From an uncultured Acidimicrobiales bacterium (GTDB taxonomy: Bacteria > Actinomycetota > Acidimicrobiia > Acidimicrobiales > SHLQ01), in assembly GCA_937969565.1 (NCBI GenBank), contig CALBVR010000098.1, forward strand, positions 1 to 45,840: DNA of 45,840 nt, given 5' to 3'. Below the pieces are notes generated by a model. It had not been told where the DNA came from and searched no databases. It saw only the letters and a program-made list of their open reading frames with translations. A program made the position numbers and the translations under genes. Position 1 is the stretch's first letter; every line of letters begins with the position of its first letter. Of this stretch, positions 29,223-39,500 are shown piece by piece.

Positions 29223-30017
29223 ATGTACGCAGAAGTACAGGAAGTACAACAACTCAGCCCCACGCTCCTTCGCGTGGTGCTCGGCGGCGGCACGCTCGAT
29301 GCACTCGAGATGCCCACGGCGACCGACGCCTACATCAATGCGCAGTTCATTCCCGCCGATTCACCGGTGACGGTGCCGTTCGGTCCTGAAGACCTCGAGG
29401 GTCTCTCGGCCGAGCTCCGGCCGAAGCCGCGCCGCTTCACCATCCGCGAGTGGAACCCGACGAACCGAACGCTGTCGATCGACTTCGTCGCGCACGGCGA
29501 CACGGGCTTCGCCGGTAGTTGGGCCCAGCGGGCCAAGCCTGGCGACCGGCTCCAGTTCAAGGGCCCCGGTGGCTCCTACCGCCCGTCCCCGAACGTGGAC
29601 TGGCACCTGCTGGTTGGCGACGAGAGCGCGCTCGGTGCGATCGGCGCAAGTCTCGACAGTCTTTCGCCTGCCGCACGGGCGCTGGTGTTCGTCGTGGTCG
29701 ACGGACCGGAGCACGAGATCGAGCTTCCGTCTGCGGCCGACGTCGACGTTCACTGGCTGCATCGCAACGGTTCGGCCGACCCGGAAGCGCTGCTGGCGAC
29801 AGCAGTCGCTGCAGCCGACTTCCCGTCGGGAACCTTCGACGTGTTCGTGCACGGTGAAGCCGCCGAGACGCGGGCGGTCCGTCGGCACCTCCTGGCCGAG
29901 CGAGGGGTCGACCCGAGTGGAGCGTCGATCTCGCCGTATTGGCGCCGGCAGCACACCGATGAGGACTGGCGGGCCGTCAAGCGACAGTTCCTGGCCGAAC
30001 AGGCGGCCGACGTCTGA
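29223..30017 (+). CDS. Siderophore-interacting protein (ViuB/SIP ferric reductase)
   Basis: RRFTIR...IDFVAHG...SWAQRAKPGD...LLVGDESALGAI...GEA...YWR; RBS GAGGAG. Confidence 0.92.
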   Translation: MYAEVQEVQQLSPTLLRVVLGGGTLDALEMPTATDAYINAQFIPADSPVTVPFGPEDLEGLSAELRPKPRRFTIREWNPTNRTLSIDFVAHGDTGFAGSWAQRAKPGDRLQFKGPGGSYRPSPNVDWHLLVGDESALGAIGASLDSLSPAARALVFVVVDGPEHEIELPSAADVDVHWLHRNGSADPEALLATAVAAADFPSGTFDVFVHGEAAETRAVRRHLLAERGVDPSGASISPYWRRQHTDEDWRAVKRQFLAEQAADV

Positions 30018-30132
30018 AGGTCGACGTCCAGGAGGAATTCGCATATCAGCGGATTCCAGTTTGGTCTGATCCGTTCGTTGACACTCGGTCGCCACCGCGA
30101 ATAGGTTGCGCGCCTGCTCGACCGTATGGGGG

Positions 30133-31455
30133 ATGACCATGACCGATACGAATCACGATGCCGACGTCATCATCATTGGAGCCGGCGTGCTCGGGTGCGC
30201 AATTGCGCTCGAGATGTCCCGCCGAGGGATGCGCACCATCAACGTGGACAAGGCGTCGGCGGCCGGTGCCGGTTCGACGATCAACTCGTGCGCCATCATC
30301 CGCTTCACGTACTCCACGCACGTTGGTGTTGCGATGTCGTGGGAGGGCGGCCAGTACTGGAAGAACTGGGCCGACTACATCGGTGCCGAGGACGAGAAGG
30401 GGCTCATCGAGTTCCACGACGTCGGCCAGCTCAACGTGTTCGCCGACGAAGCCGAGCGGCTCGATCGAGTGCAGCAGTTGTGGGACGAGATGGGCATTCC
30501 CTACGAGCAGCTCGATGCCGACGAGCTGGCCGAGCGCTTCCCGTTCATGGACTTCGGTTGGTACGGCCCACCGACCCGCCCCGACGATCCGGCCTTCTGG
30601 AAGGAAGCCGAGCAGCAGGTGAAGGGTGCTCTCTGGAGCCCGGACGCCGGCTACATCTCCGACCCGCAGCTGTCGTGTCACAACCTGCAGCGCGGGGCTG
30701 AAGCCGAGGGCGGCGCATTCCGGTTCAGCACCGAGGTCACGGCGATCCTCCAGGAGGACGGTCGGGCGGCCGGGGTCGAGCTGGCCGACGGATCTTCGCT
30801 TCGGGCGCCCATCGTGATCAACGTGGCCGGCCCGCACAGCTCGATCATCAACAAGATGGCGGGTGTCTACGACGAGATGAACATCAAGACGCATGCCCTG
30901 CGTCACGAGGTGCATCACGTGCCATCACCCGAGGGCGTCGACTTCATGAACGCAGGCACCGTCGGCGCCGACGACGACATCGGCTTCTATTTCCGGCCCG
31001 AAGTCGGCAACAACGTGCTGCTCGGCAGCGTCGACCTCGAGTGCGACGGCCGTGAGTACGTCGACCCAGACGACTACGACACGACGATCGATCGAGACCA
31101 GTGGCACGCCCAGGTCCTGCGAGCCCAGCGGCGCATGCCGGAGCTCGGTATGCCGCACGAGGCTCGCGGCATCGTCGATCTGTACGACCAGAGCGACGAC
31201 TGGCTCCCCATCTACGACCGCACGGCTCTCGATGGCTTCTACGTGGCGATCGGTACGAGCGGCAATCAGTACAAGAACGCCGGCTCGGTCGGCCAGGCGA
31301 TGGCCGACCTGATCGACGCGGTCGAAGCCGGCCATGACCACGACGCCGAGCCCGTGCAGGTGACCGGCCGGTACACCGGTCTGACCATCGACCTTGGCGC
31401 CTACAGCCGCAACCGCGAGATCAACGCCGACTCATCGATGTCCGTTCACGGCTGA
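30133..31455 (+). CDS. FAD-dependent oxidoreductase (DAO/sarcosine oxidase-like)
   Basis: IIIGAGVLG, GSTINSCAIIR, VINVAGPHS, DWLPIYD and GTSGNQYK motifs. Start is 30133 or 30139. Confidence 0.88.
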   Translation: MTMTDTNHDADVIIIGAGVLGCAIALEMSRRGMRTINVDKASAAGAGSTINSCAIIRFTYSTHVGVAMSWEGGQYWKNWADYIGAEDEKGLIEFHDVGQLNVFADEAERLDRVQQLWDEMGIPYEQLDADELAERFPFMDFGWYGPPTRPDDPAFWKEAEQQVKGALWSPDAGYISDPQLSCHNLQRGAEAEGGAFRFSTEVTAILQEDGRAAGVELADGSSLRAPIVINVAGPHSSIINKMAGVYDEMNIKTHALRHEVHHVPSPEGVDFMNAGTVGADDDIGFYFRPEVGNNVLLGSVDLECDGREYVDPDDYDTTIDRDQWHAQVLRAQRRMPELGMPHEARGIVDLYDQSDDWLPIYDRTALDGFYVAIGTSGNQYKNAGSVGQAMADLIDAVEAGHDHDAEPVQVTGRYTGLTIDLGAYSRNREINADSSMSVHG

Positions 31456-31457
31456 AC

Positions 31458-32255
31458 TCAGGTCATTCGTTCGAGGCGGCGGTTGCCGAGCGACGCCAAC
31501 GTGGTGCTGAGCAACAAGGCCGCCGAGACCACGCCGACGGCGACGGCCAATTCGCCTCCGGGCATGCTGTCGACCGATACCGCGATGGCGCCGGAGATGA
31601 GAAGGACCTCGACCGCAGCGACGCCGAGTACCCGGGGCTCGAGCCACATGGTGAGGAGCCCGAGAGGCAGGAGAAGCAGCGGCAACAACCCCATTGCGAA
31701 GATGCCGATGCTCAGTCCTGCGATGTGGAGCACGGCCAGCGCCAAGGCGATCCGTGGACCGAGTGCTGGGCGTCCGTCGCCTTTCCAAGCGACCACCACT
31801 GCCAGAGCGGAGATGATCACGAAGGACGACACACCCTGTCGGGGCCAGTCGTGCGCAAGGCTCAGGCCGACGAGGAAGGGTGGCACGAGCGCCATCCATC
31901 GGGTCGAGTGAAGAGTGAGAGCAAGAATTACTGCACCCGCCAGCACCGACCACAACGGGTTCACCAACTCGAAGTTTCGAGGCAAGAGACCGAGCAAGTC
32001 GGCCGTGTTGGTTGCCGTGCCTTGGAGAATCCACCACGTCACGGCGAAGGCCGCGCACTGGATCCACATCTGGCGCAGGCTCCCGCCCGTCGCAGCGAGA
32101 CTTCGGGTGCGGAGGCCATGGGCCAGCAGCGACCTGGATTCGCGGGCGGACCACTGTTCGTCGTGGAGGTCGTTGGCGGTGTCGAGGATTTCGTCGCCGT
32201 GCGCCGTCCAGTAGTCGGCCGGAAAGGCGCGGGTCACGAGGCCGTAGTTGCTCAT
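31458..32255 (-). CDS. Multi-TM membrane protein typical of PadR-coupled operons
   Basis: N-terminal AFPADYWTAHGDEI motif, many TM segments, ATGA overlap with padR. Confidence 0.75.
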   Translation of the reverse strand: MSNYGLVTRAFPADYWTAHGDEILDTANDLHDEQWSARESRSLLAHGLRTRSLAATGGSLRQMWIQCAAFAVTWWILQGTATNTADLLGLLPRNFELVNPLWSVLAGAVILALTLHSTRWMALVPPFLVGLSLAHDWPRQGVSSFVIISALAVVVAWKGDGRPALGPRIALALAVLHIAGLSIGIFAMGLLPLLLLPLGLLTMWLEPRVLGVAAVEVLLISGAIAVSVDSMPGGELAVAVGVVSAALLLSTTLASLGNRRLERMT

Positions 32256-32575
32256 GCGGTGGCCGCCTTCGGGAGGGGGCCGATGGTGGCGGTGGCCGCT
32301 TCGAGTGCCTGCCGCAGCCGCAACGCCTCTGCCTGGGTGGCGTGCTCGCCGGCTTCGGTGATGCGGTAGTACCGGCGCTTGCGGCCGTTCACCTTCTCTT
32401 CGCGGTCGACGACAAGATGCCCCTCGTCGACCAGCCGATCGAGCGCGCCGTACAGGGTGCCGGCGGTGAGTTCGACGCGACCGTTCGACAGTTCTTTCGC
32501 TCTGCTGGCGACGGCGTAGCCGTGGAGTGGCTCTGCATGGAGCGCAAGAAGGATGAAGTAGGTGGGTTCTCGCAT
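32252..32575 (-). CDS. PadR-family transcriptional regulator
   Basis: ILLAL...PLHGYAV...GTLYGALDRL...RRYYRITEAG. Confidence 0.95.
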   Translation of the reverse strand: MREPTYFILLALHAEPLHGYAVASRAKELSNGRVELTAGTLYGALDRLVDEGHLVVDREEKVNGRKRRYYRITEAGEHATQAEALRLRQALEAATATIGPLPKAATA

Positions 32576-32695
32576 GTGTTCGACAATAGTACGGTTACCG
32601 ATACATAAGCAACCGATGCATCTGTGGATGCAATCCGCCTTCCTCCGACGGAAAACCGTCGGGCCCTACGATGTGCTTGGCGAAGGAGGTGCTCC

Positions 32696-33358
32696 ATGCG
32701 ACCGATGCTGCAGCGCCAGGCGACAAAGCAGGACGACTGGGAGTACCAGCGTTTGGACCAGACGGCGGCGGCTGCATGCGCATTCGCTCCGGCGATCATG
32801 TGGGTCGCCGAGATGGTGCACCTGCGCGAATGGGACTGGTTCCGTGGAAGCATCAGCTCGTACCACGACGTCGTTCCGCCCGGCGCGTTCTTCATCCCGT
32901 TGACGGTGGCCGTGATGATCTTCATCACGAATGGTGTGGTCGTCGAGAACCATCAGGTCCACGTGATGATGGGCCTCTATCTCCTCGGCGTCATCCTCTT
33001 CGACCACGACGGCGCAACGACCATCCCGCACTTCTTCTTTGCCGGCTACTTCTTCGTGACCGCCTCACTGCTCGACCTCACCAGAGACGACGAGATCGAC
33101 TGGAGCTGGAGCCGCTGGCTGGGCGAATGGCTCACGCTTCCGTGGGTTCTGCTCTGGAACAACATGAAGGACTTCCGAACCCAGTGGCCCCGTGTGGCCA
33201 TCGTGCTGTTGCCGTTCATCGTGCTCGGCGGAATCGCTTGGCTCGTGCCTGACTTCCGTGAGCGCTGGCTGTTCATCGCCGAGTGGCTCGCGCTGATCGC
33301 TGTCGTCGCCCAGTATCTGGCGCACGCCGCCGACCACGAGCACCACGCCTCGCACTGA
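32696..33358 (+). CDS. Membrane protein, possibly DUF998-like
   Basis: RBS AAGGAGGT; SISSY motif, HFFFAGYFF, about 6 TM segments. Confidence 0.6.
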   Translation: MRPMLQRQATKQDDWEYQRLDQTAAAACAFAPAIMWVAEMVHLREWDWFRGSISSYHDVVPPGAFFIPLTVAVMIFITNGVVVENHQVHVMMGLYLLGVILFDHDGATTIPHFFFAGYFFVTASLLDLTRDDEIDWSWSRWLGEWLTLPWVLLWNNMKDFRTQWPRVAIVLLPFIVLGGIAWLVPDFRERWLFIAEWLALIAVVAQYLAHAADHEHHASH

Positions 33359-33381
33359 GTTTGCGCCGAGCGCGAACAAGC

Positions 33382-33651
33382 TCACCGGATCGTGAAGTTG
33401 GACTCTCCGATTGGTGTTTCTTCGACTCGATCGACCTGTCGAACTGACGCGAACTGCGGTCCGTCGGCGCACCAGGCAGCCAGCGCATCGAGCTGTTCCC
33501 GGGTGCCTTCAGCGATCACTTCGACTCGCCCATCGGAGAGGTTGCGAACCAAACCGACGACGCCAATGGCCTTGGCCTCGTGTGCACACGACATGCGATA
33601 GCCGACCCCCTGCACCCGTCCCATCACGGTCAGCCGCACCCGTTCGATCAC
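33382..33651 (-). CDS. acyP: Acylphosphatase
   Basis: GRVQGVGYR and GLVRNLSDGRVEVIAEG motifs; GTG start at 33651 with TAGATT 7 nt upstream. Confidence 0.92.
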   Translation of the reverse strand: MIERVRLTVMGRVQGVGYRMSCAHEAKAIGVVGLVRNLSDGRVEVIAEGTREQLDALAAWCADGPQFASVRQVDRVEETPIGESNFTIR

Positions 33652-33696
33652 GCCTATCAATCTAGATCGCACCGGTGGTGGCCTACTGTCCGAGAC

Positions 33697-34090
33697 GTGA
33701 ATCGCCTCGACATCGCTGCGCGTTATCTCATCGCCCAGGGCGTCATGGGACTGGTGTGGTGGGCGCTCCTGCTGGCCGATACTTCGGTGCGTGGATGGTT
33801 CGTTCCCGACGCAACTGCTTGGCCGGCCGCGAGGTCGCTCGTATTCGCTGATCTGGTGATGTTCTGCGGTGGTTCGATCGCCGCAGGAGTGTTGGCCTTG
33901 CGGAGGCATCGATGGGCACGACCAGCCGGATGGGTCGCCCTCTGCTCCACGGCCTACGCAACGCTTGTTGCCGTCGGTTGGTTGCTGGCTCCGGTGGACC
34001 ACTGGTTGGGGTGGGTTGGCGGCGATGGCTCCCACGTTGGCGATGACGGGACTGGCCGTGGCTGTGGTGACGAAGGATCCGCGCACATGA
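33697..34090 (+). other. Small 4-TM membrane protein, apparently frameshifted near 34010-34020 so that it reads into the ICMT gene
   Basis: The hydrophobic frame from GTG 33697 becomes hydrophilic after HWLGW, while the +1 frame gives a TM helix (AAMAPTLAMTGLAVAVV) ending at TGA 34090, overlapping ATG 34087. Confidence 0.6.
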
Positions 34091-34635
34091 GGTTGTTTCG
34101 GGTTGCGGAGATGGCGTCCTTCCGACGGAACTATGCGAAGACGCTCCTCCAGACGGCGGTCATGTGGACCATCTTTCTTGTGGTCGGTCCGATCCTGGTC
34201 GCACAGCTGGAAGGGAGGCTCGGACTGCCCACGTTCACGGGCAATGTCGGCGTGGGGGTCGTCCTCTTCATCCTCGGCGGGAGCCTCGGTCTGCGATCCG
34301 GTTACGTGATGACTCGGGTGGGTGAAGGGACACCGCTCCCGATGGACACGGCCCGCAACCTGGTCATCGCCGGCCCCTATCGGCGTGTGCGAAACCCCAT
34401 GGCTGTGGCAGGCACCGTGCAGTCGATGGCGGTCGGTGTTGCCCTGGGGTCGCCAGCGGTGTTCGCAGCCACCGCGTTCAGTGCGATGCTCTGGAACTAC
34501 GCGGTGCGGCCGACCGAAGAAGCCGACTTGCTCGAACGCTTCGGAGAACCGTTCGAGCGGTACACCCGGAATGTTCCGTGCTGGATTCCGAGGCTTGACC
34601 CATGGACCGTCGCATCACCGGAGGGTCGGCGATGA
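34087..34635 (+). CDS. Isoprenylcysteine carboxyl methyltransferase (ICMT/PEMT) family protein
   Basis: GEGTPLP...LVIAGPYRRVRNPMA...EEADLLERFG...Y...VPCWIP. Confidence 0.88.
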   Translation: MRLFRVAEMASFRRNYAKTLLQTAVMWTIFLVVGPILVAQLEGRLGLPTFTGNVGVGVVLFILGGSLGLRSGYVMTRVGEGTPLPMDTARNLVIAGPYRRVRNPMAVAGTVQSMAVGVALGSPAVFAATAFSAMLWNYAVRPTEEADLLERFGEPFERYTRNVPCWIPRLDPWTVASPEGRR

Positions 34636-35294
34636 ACGCAGGCGGCGACGGGGGAGGCGAGCCAGTCGATCCGGCGACGGCGCAGTACTACGAGCAGTTC
34701 GGCGCCGACTCGGTGGATCGGTGGGAGTCCATCCCGCCCGACGCCGGCCTCACTCCGTTCTTCCCGACCGCGTTCCCTCCGGGATCCACGGTGCTTGATA
34801 TCGGTTGCGGGTCGGGCCGTGACCTGGCCCGGCTGTGCGCCGCCGGCCACGAGGTCCATGGTGTCGAGCCGAGCTCATCGCTGCGGCAGCGATGCATTGA
34901 GGAGCATCCCGAGCTTGCGGGCCGCGTTGTCGCTGGCCGTCTGCCGGATCGGCTCGAGCTTCCACAGGACTGGCCGGGTTCGTTCGACGGAATCGTCTGC
35001 TCGGCGGTCCTCATGCACATTCCGACGTCGGAGTTGCCCGCGGTCGCTCGTGCACTCCGAGCGTTGATGCACTCCGGGTCCCGACTGTTGGTTTCCCTTC
35101 CCGCTCTTCGTGCGAAGATCGTGGGCAGGCGCGATCCGCTCGGACGGCTGTTCAGCGGTGTAACGGTGGAGGAGTTGCAATCGGTGTTGGCGCCGTTCGG
35201 GCTGGAGCTGCACACCGCTTGGCTCGGTCGACCCGATGCGCAAGGCCGGCGTGAGAACTCGTGGGATGTGGCGATGTTCGAAGTCTCGAACTAG
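34632..35294 (+). CDS. Class I SAM-dependent methyltransferase
   Basis: VLDIGCGSGRD, GVEPS, FDGIVCSAVLMHIP; ATGA overlap with the upstream gene. Confidence 0.9.
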   Translation: MNAGGDGGGEPVDPATAQYYEQFGADSVDRWESIPPDAGLTPFFPTAFPPGSTVLDIGCGSGRDLARLCAAGHEVHGVEPSSSLRQRCIEEHPELAGRVVAGRLPDRLELPQDWPGSFDGIVCSAVLMHIPTSELPAVARALRALMHSGSRLLVSLPALRAKIVGRRDPLGRLFSGVTVEELQSVLAPFGLELHTAWLGRPDAQGRRENSWDVAMFEVSN

Positions 35295-35361
35295 CCGTTT
35301 CTCGACGGTCACGTGTCGCAATTCGCTCAACTTGTTCGACCATCTCTCCGATCACTCGGCC

Positions 35362-35781
35362 ATGTCCCCGCCACAACCCGCCACGGTCGTGCCGTCCGCG
35401 GCACCGACCAGCCATGCCCCAAAGCGTCCGGCGTCTGTTGTGTCCACCCGATTGCAGCCGCCGGTTCGTCAGAGCCGACTGGCGTCGAAGGTGGGCTCGA
35501 ATCGCATCGCCATCCACGCGGCGCCGAGTCGAGCCGTCTGTCTGACCGCTGGTGCGGTCGGCCTCACCATGGTCTTCCTCGGCTTCGTGGCCGGGTTGAT
35601 TCGTGACGGTTCGTTGATCACGGCGATCGGTCAGGGCGTGTTCACCCCTGTGCTTCCCACGGCGCTTGCCGCGTTGATCGGCTGGGGAAACGAACACCGC
35701 GCTCGCATTGCGTTCAGCCTGATCGGCGCCGCAGTGATTCCCGTGGTGCTGCTGCAGATTCTCGGCTCGCTCGCCGTCTGA
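35362..35781 (+). CDS. Small membrane protein (3 TM), hypothetical
   Basis: Hydrophobic C-terminal half; start uncertain. Confidence 0.5.
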   Translation: MSPPQPATVVPSAAPTSHAPKRPASVVSTRLQPPVRQSRLASKVGSNRIAIHAAPSRAVCLTAGAVGLTMVFLGFVAGLIRDGSLITAIGQGVFTPVLPTALAALIGWGNEHRARIAFSLIGAAVIPVVLLQILGSLAV

Positions 35782-35844
35782 CCCTCGGGTAGCCGCAAGC
35801 CAGACATCCAAGCTCAGACGGCCATCGGCTGCGACAATCGCCCG

Positions 35845-36501
35845 ATGCTGCATCTCCCTGAACTGCTGCCGGTCGTGCTCGTGCATGGCGGCCTGCACGA
35901 CGACCCGCCGATGACGGGTGCCCGGTTCTGGGAGACGAGTGGTGTGGTTCGCGGCCTTCGCGGCAGGAACGTCGAGGTGGTCGTTCACGAGCGACCGCCG
36001 CAGCCGAGCTCGTGGCACGAAGAGGCGGACGCGCTGGTGGCGACGATCGAAGCGTCGGGTCACGACCGGGTGGCGCTGGTGGCAGGTTCGAACGGTTGCA
36101 GCGTTGCCTTGCGCGTGTTGTTGGACCGACCGGAACTCGTGGCCCGCACCATGTTGTGCTGGCCGGCAACCGCCGGCGATCAGGTGATCGACGAACTCGC
36201 ACGCATCATCATCACGGACGTGCACGGCGTCACGGCGGCCGACGAACTGCTCGCGGGGCGGCCGGTCCGCGGCGTCGACGCGAAGGACCTGACGACCCTG
36301 AACGGCGAGCTCGTCATCTATCCGTCGATGCCGGAGAACAAGGCCCATCAGCGGTCGACGGTGATGGAGCTGCTCGCTTTTGTGCCCGGGTCGATGATGG
36401 TCGGCGGCAGTCCCGAGCCGATCGATGACGACTTCTTCGATCACTGCGAGTCGTTCGTGGCGACGGTCGAGGCCTTCTCGAAGCTTGTGCACGACGACTG
36501 A
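35845..36501 (+). CDS. Alpha/beta hydrolase-fold protein
   Basis: VVLVHGG oxyanion region and VAGSNG nucleophile elbow. Confidence 0.75.
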   Translation: MLHLPELLPVVLVHGGLHDDPPMTGARFWETSGVVRGLRGRNVEVVVHERPPQPSSWHEEADALVATIEASGHDRVALVAGSNGCSVALRVLLDRPELVARTMLCWPATAGDQVIDELARIIITDVHGVTAADELLAGRPVRGVDAKDLTTLNGELVIYPSMPENKAHQRSTVMELLAFVPGSMMVGGSPEPIDDDFFDHCESFVATVEAFSKLVHDD

Positions 36502-36539
36502 CCCCGTCGTCCCGGTGTCGCGTTGACTACGGTCAGGTG

Positions 36540-39500
36540 ATGGCGAGCACTTCTGCAGATTCTCCGACCGATCCATTCCAGCGCGCACTGTCGGGCCTGG
36601 GCTTCCGAGCGATCGGACCGGCGAGCCGTGGCGGTCGGATCGCCGACCTGGTCGTCCATCCTGAGCGCCCGTCAACCTGGTACGTGGCGGTGGGTTCCGG
36701 GGGTGTGTGGAAGACCACGAACGCGGGCACGACGTGGACACCGATCTTCGATCATCAGCGGTCGTACTCGATCGGTTGCATCGCGCTCGACCCAAATCAA
36801 CCGGAGACGGTTTGGGTGGGAACGGGCGAGGCGGTGAGCGGCCGCCACGTCGCTTGGGGTGATGGTGTCTATCGCAGCCTCGATGGCGGGGCTTCGTGGG
36901 AGCACATGGGCTTGGCGGGCACCGAGCACATCGCCGACATTCTCGTCGATCCGCTCGATGGGGACATCGTGCATGTGGCGGCCGAAGGGCCGCTGTGGTC
37001 GTCGGGCGGGGAGCGGGGTCTGTTCACGACCCGGGACGGTGGTGCCACGTGGGAAGCGTCGTTGACGGTCGACGACGACACCGGCGTCACGTCCGCCGTG
37101 CTCGCACCGGACGATCCGGACACGATCTACGTGGCCACCTATCAGCGGCGTCGGAACGTGCGGGCGTTCATGGGTGGAGGTCCGGGCTCCGGCATTCACG
37201 TGTCGAACGATGGTGGCGAGACCTGGACGAAGGTGACGGAGGGAATTCCCGGCGGCGACCTGGGCAAGATCGGGCTGGCGGTGACTCCGGCCAACCCGGA
37301 CGTCGTCTACGCGACCATTGAAGCGCCGACGGACCCGAAGGCGAAGAAGCCGGGTCGAGGCTTCTACCGATCGATGAACCGCGGTCGGAGCTGGGAGCAT
37401 CGCAACGACTACATCTCCGGCGGCACCGGACCGCACTACTACCAGGAGATCTTTGCGTCGCCGCATGATGTCGACAAGGTGTACCAGGTCGACGTGTTCC
37501 TTCACGTCACGATCGACGGTGGCAAGACGTTCAAGCCGACGGAGACCGGCAAGACGAAGCACAGCGACAACCACGTGGTCTGGATCGACCCGGCCGACCC
37601 GGATCATCTGCTCGTCGGCTGCGACGCCGGCATCTACGAGACGTTCGACGACTGCGTGTCATTCCGGCATGTGCCGAACATGCCGATCTCGCAGTTCTAC
37701 CGAGTGACGGTGGACAACAGTGAGCCGTTCACGAACATCATGGGAGGAGCGCAGGATCTCGGCACGTTGGTGGGCCCGACCCGCACGACTCACGTGGACG
37801 GCGTCCGGAACCACGACTGGTGGGTGCCGCTCGGCGCGGATGGCTATCAGGTCGCCTTCGACCCGCACGAGCCCGACATCAGTTACATGGAGTGGCAGGT
37901 GGGCAACATCATGCGCCACGACCGCCGCACCAATGAGCTCACCGACATCCAGCCGATCGGTGCGCCGGGAGACGACCCGGAACGGTTCAACTGGGACACG
38001 CCGATCGTGCTCAGCCCGCACGTGCCCGGCCGGTTGTACGTGGCCTCGCAGCGGGTGTGGCGCAGCGACGATCGTGGTGATTCGTGGACGCCGATCAGCG
38101 GTGACCTGACCGGTGGTGCGAACCGGTACGAGCTTCCGGTGGGCGATCGGGTGTGGAGTGTCGACGGTCTGTACGACCACATGGCGATGTCGTGGTGGGC
38201 AACGATCACGTCGCTGTCGGAATCGGTCGTGGCGGCCGACGTGCTGTACGTCGGAACCGACGACGGCATCGTGCAGATCTCCGAAGATGGCGGAGGTTCG
38301 TGGCGCCGATCCGGCGATCTTCCCGGGCTTCCCGAAGAAGCGTTCGTCAACGACATCGAGGCGTGCCGCCACAACCCTGACGCGGTCTTCGTGGCGGCCG
38401 ACGATCACAAGAACGGCGACTACACCCCCCACCTCTTCGAGAGCGAGGACCGGGGCGCGTCCTGGCGTTCGATTCGGGGCGACCTCCCGGACGGGATCAT
38501 CATCTGGCAGGTCGAGCAGGACCACGAGGACCCGAACCTGCTGTTCCTCGCAGCCGAGAACGGCCTGTGGGTGACGCTGGACCGTGGCGAGCACTGGCAC
38601 CCGCTCGGCAAGGGTTCGGACGGCGCCGGCGGTGCGGGCGCCACCGTGCCGACGATCTCGATGCGCGACCTCGTGCTGCAACGCCGTGACGACGACCTGG
38701 TGGCGGCGTCGTTCGGCCGCGGGTTCTACGTGTTGGACGACTATTCACCGCTCCGCTCGCTCACCGCCGACGCGCTGGCCGAGCCGGCGGCGCTGTTCCC
38801 GATCCGTCGGGCCTGGCGCTACGTGCCCCACCTCGAGTCGCAGGCCGAGGGTCAGCCAACGCTCGGGTCGACAGCGTGGAAGGCCCCCAACCCAGAGTTC
38901 GGTGCCGTCATCACCTATCACCTGGCCGACGACGTTCACTCCGCTGCTGGCGCCCGACGAGCCCGGGAGAAGACGCTCGATGGCGACGTGCCGTTCCCCG
39001 GGCATGACCAGCTGTTTGAGGAGCATGTGGCGGCCGACCCGGTCGTGCAGCTCGTGGTTCGCTCGCACGACGGTGCCGTCGTGCGGACGGTGCCGGCGCC
39101 GGCCACGGCCGGGCTGCATCGAGTGGCCTGGGACCTTCGCGGCCCGGCGCCGGATCCGATTTCGCTCACGAAGCCCGAGTTCGTCGAACCCTGGGTGACC
39201 GACCCGCAGGGCCCGCTCGTGGCGGCCGGCGCCTACACGGTCGAGCTGACGGTGACCCGCGGTGGCGTGGCCGAGGTGCTCGCGGGTCCCGAGCCTGTCG
39301 AGGTTGTCGATGTGCCCGGCGCAGGGACGCACGACGCCGCCTTCATCGACGAGACGGCAACGCTTGCTCGGACCGTTGCCGGTGCGGCGAAGGAGATTGG
39401 CGCAGCACGGGATCGGGTCACGCACCTGCGGGCCGCCCTCGCCGGAGCAACGGGAGCGGATGCCGAACTCCATGGGCGCCTCGACGCGGTGAACCGACGG

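Noticed and set aside
30034..30057. Hairpin after the SIP gene as a riboswitch or ncRNA
   Set aside because: A single 9-bp stem, best explained as an ordinary terminator.
33652..34086. 234-aa acylphosphatase fusion
   Set aside because: The extension is antisense to a membrane-protein gene; the 89-aa form has normal size and its own -10.
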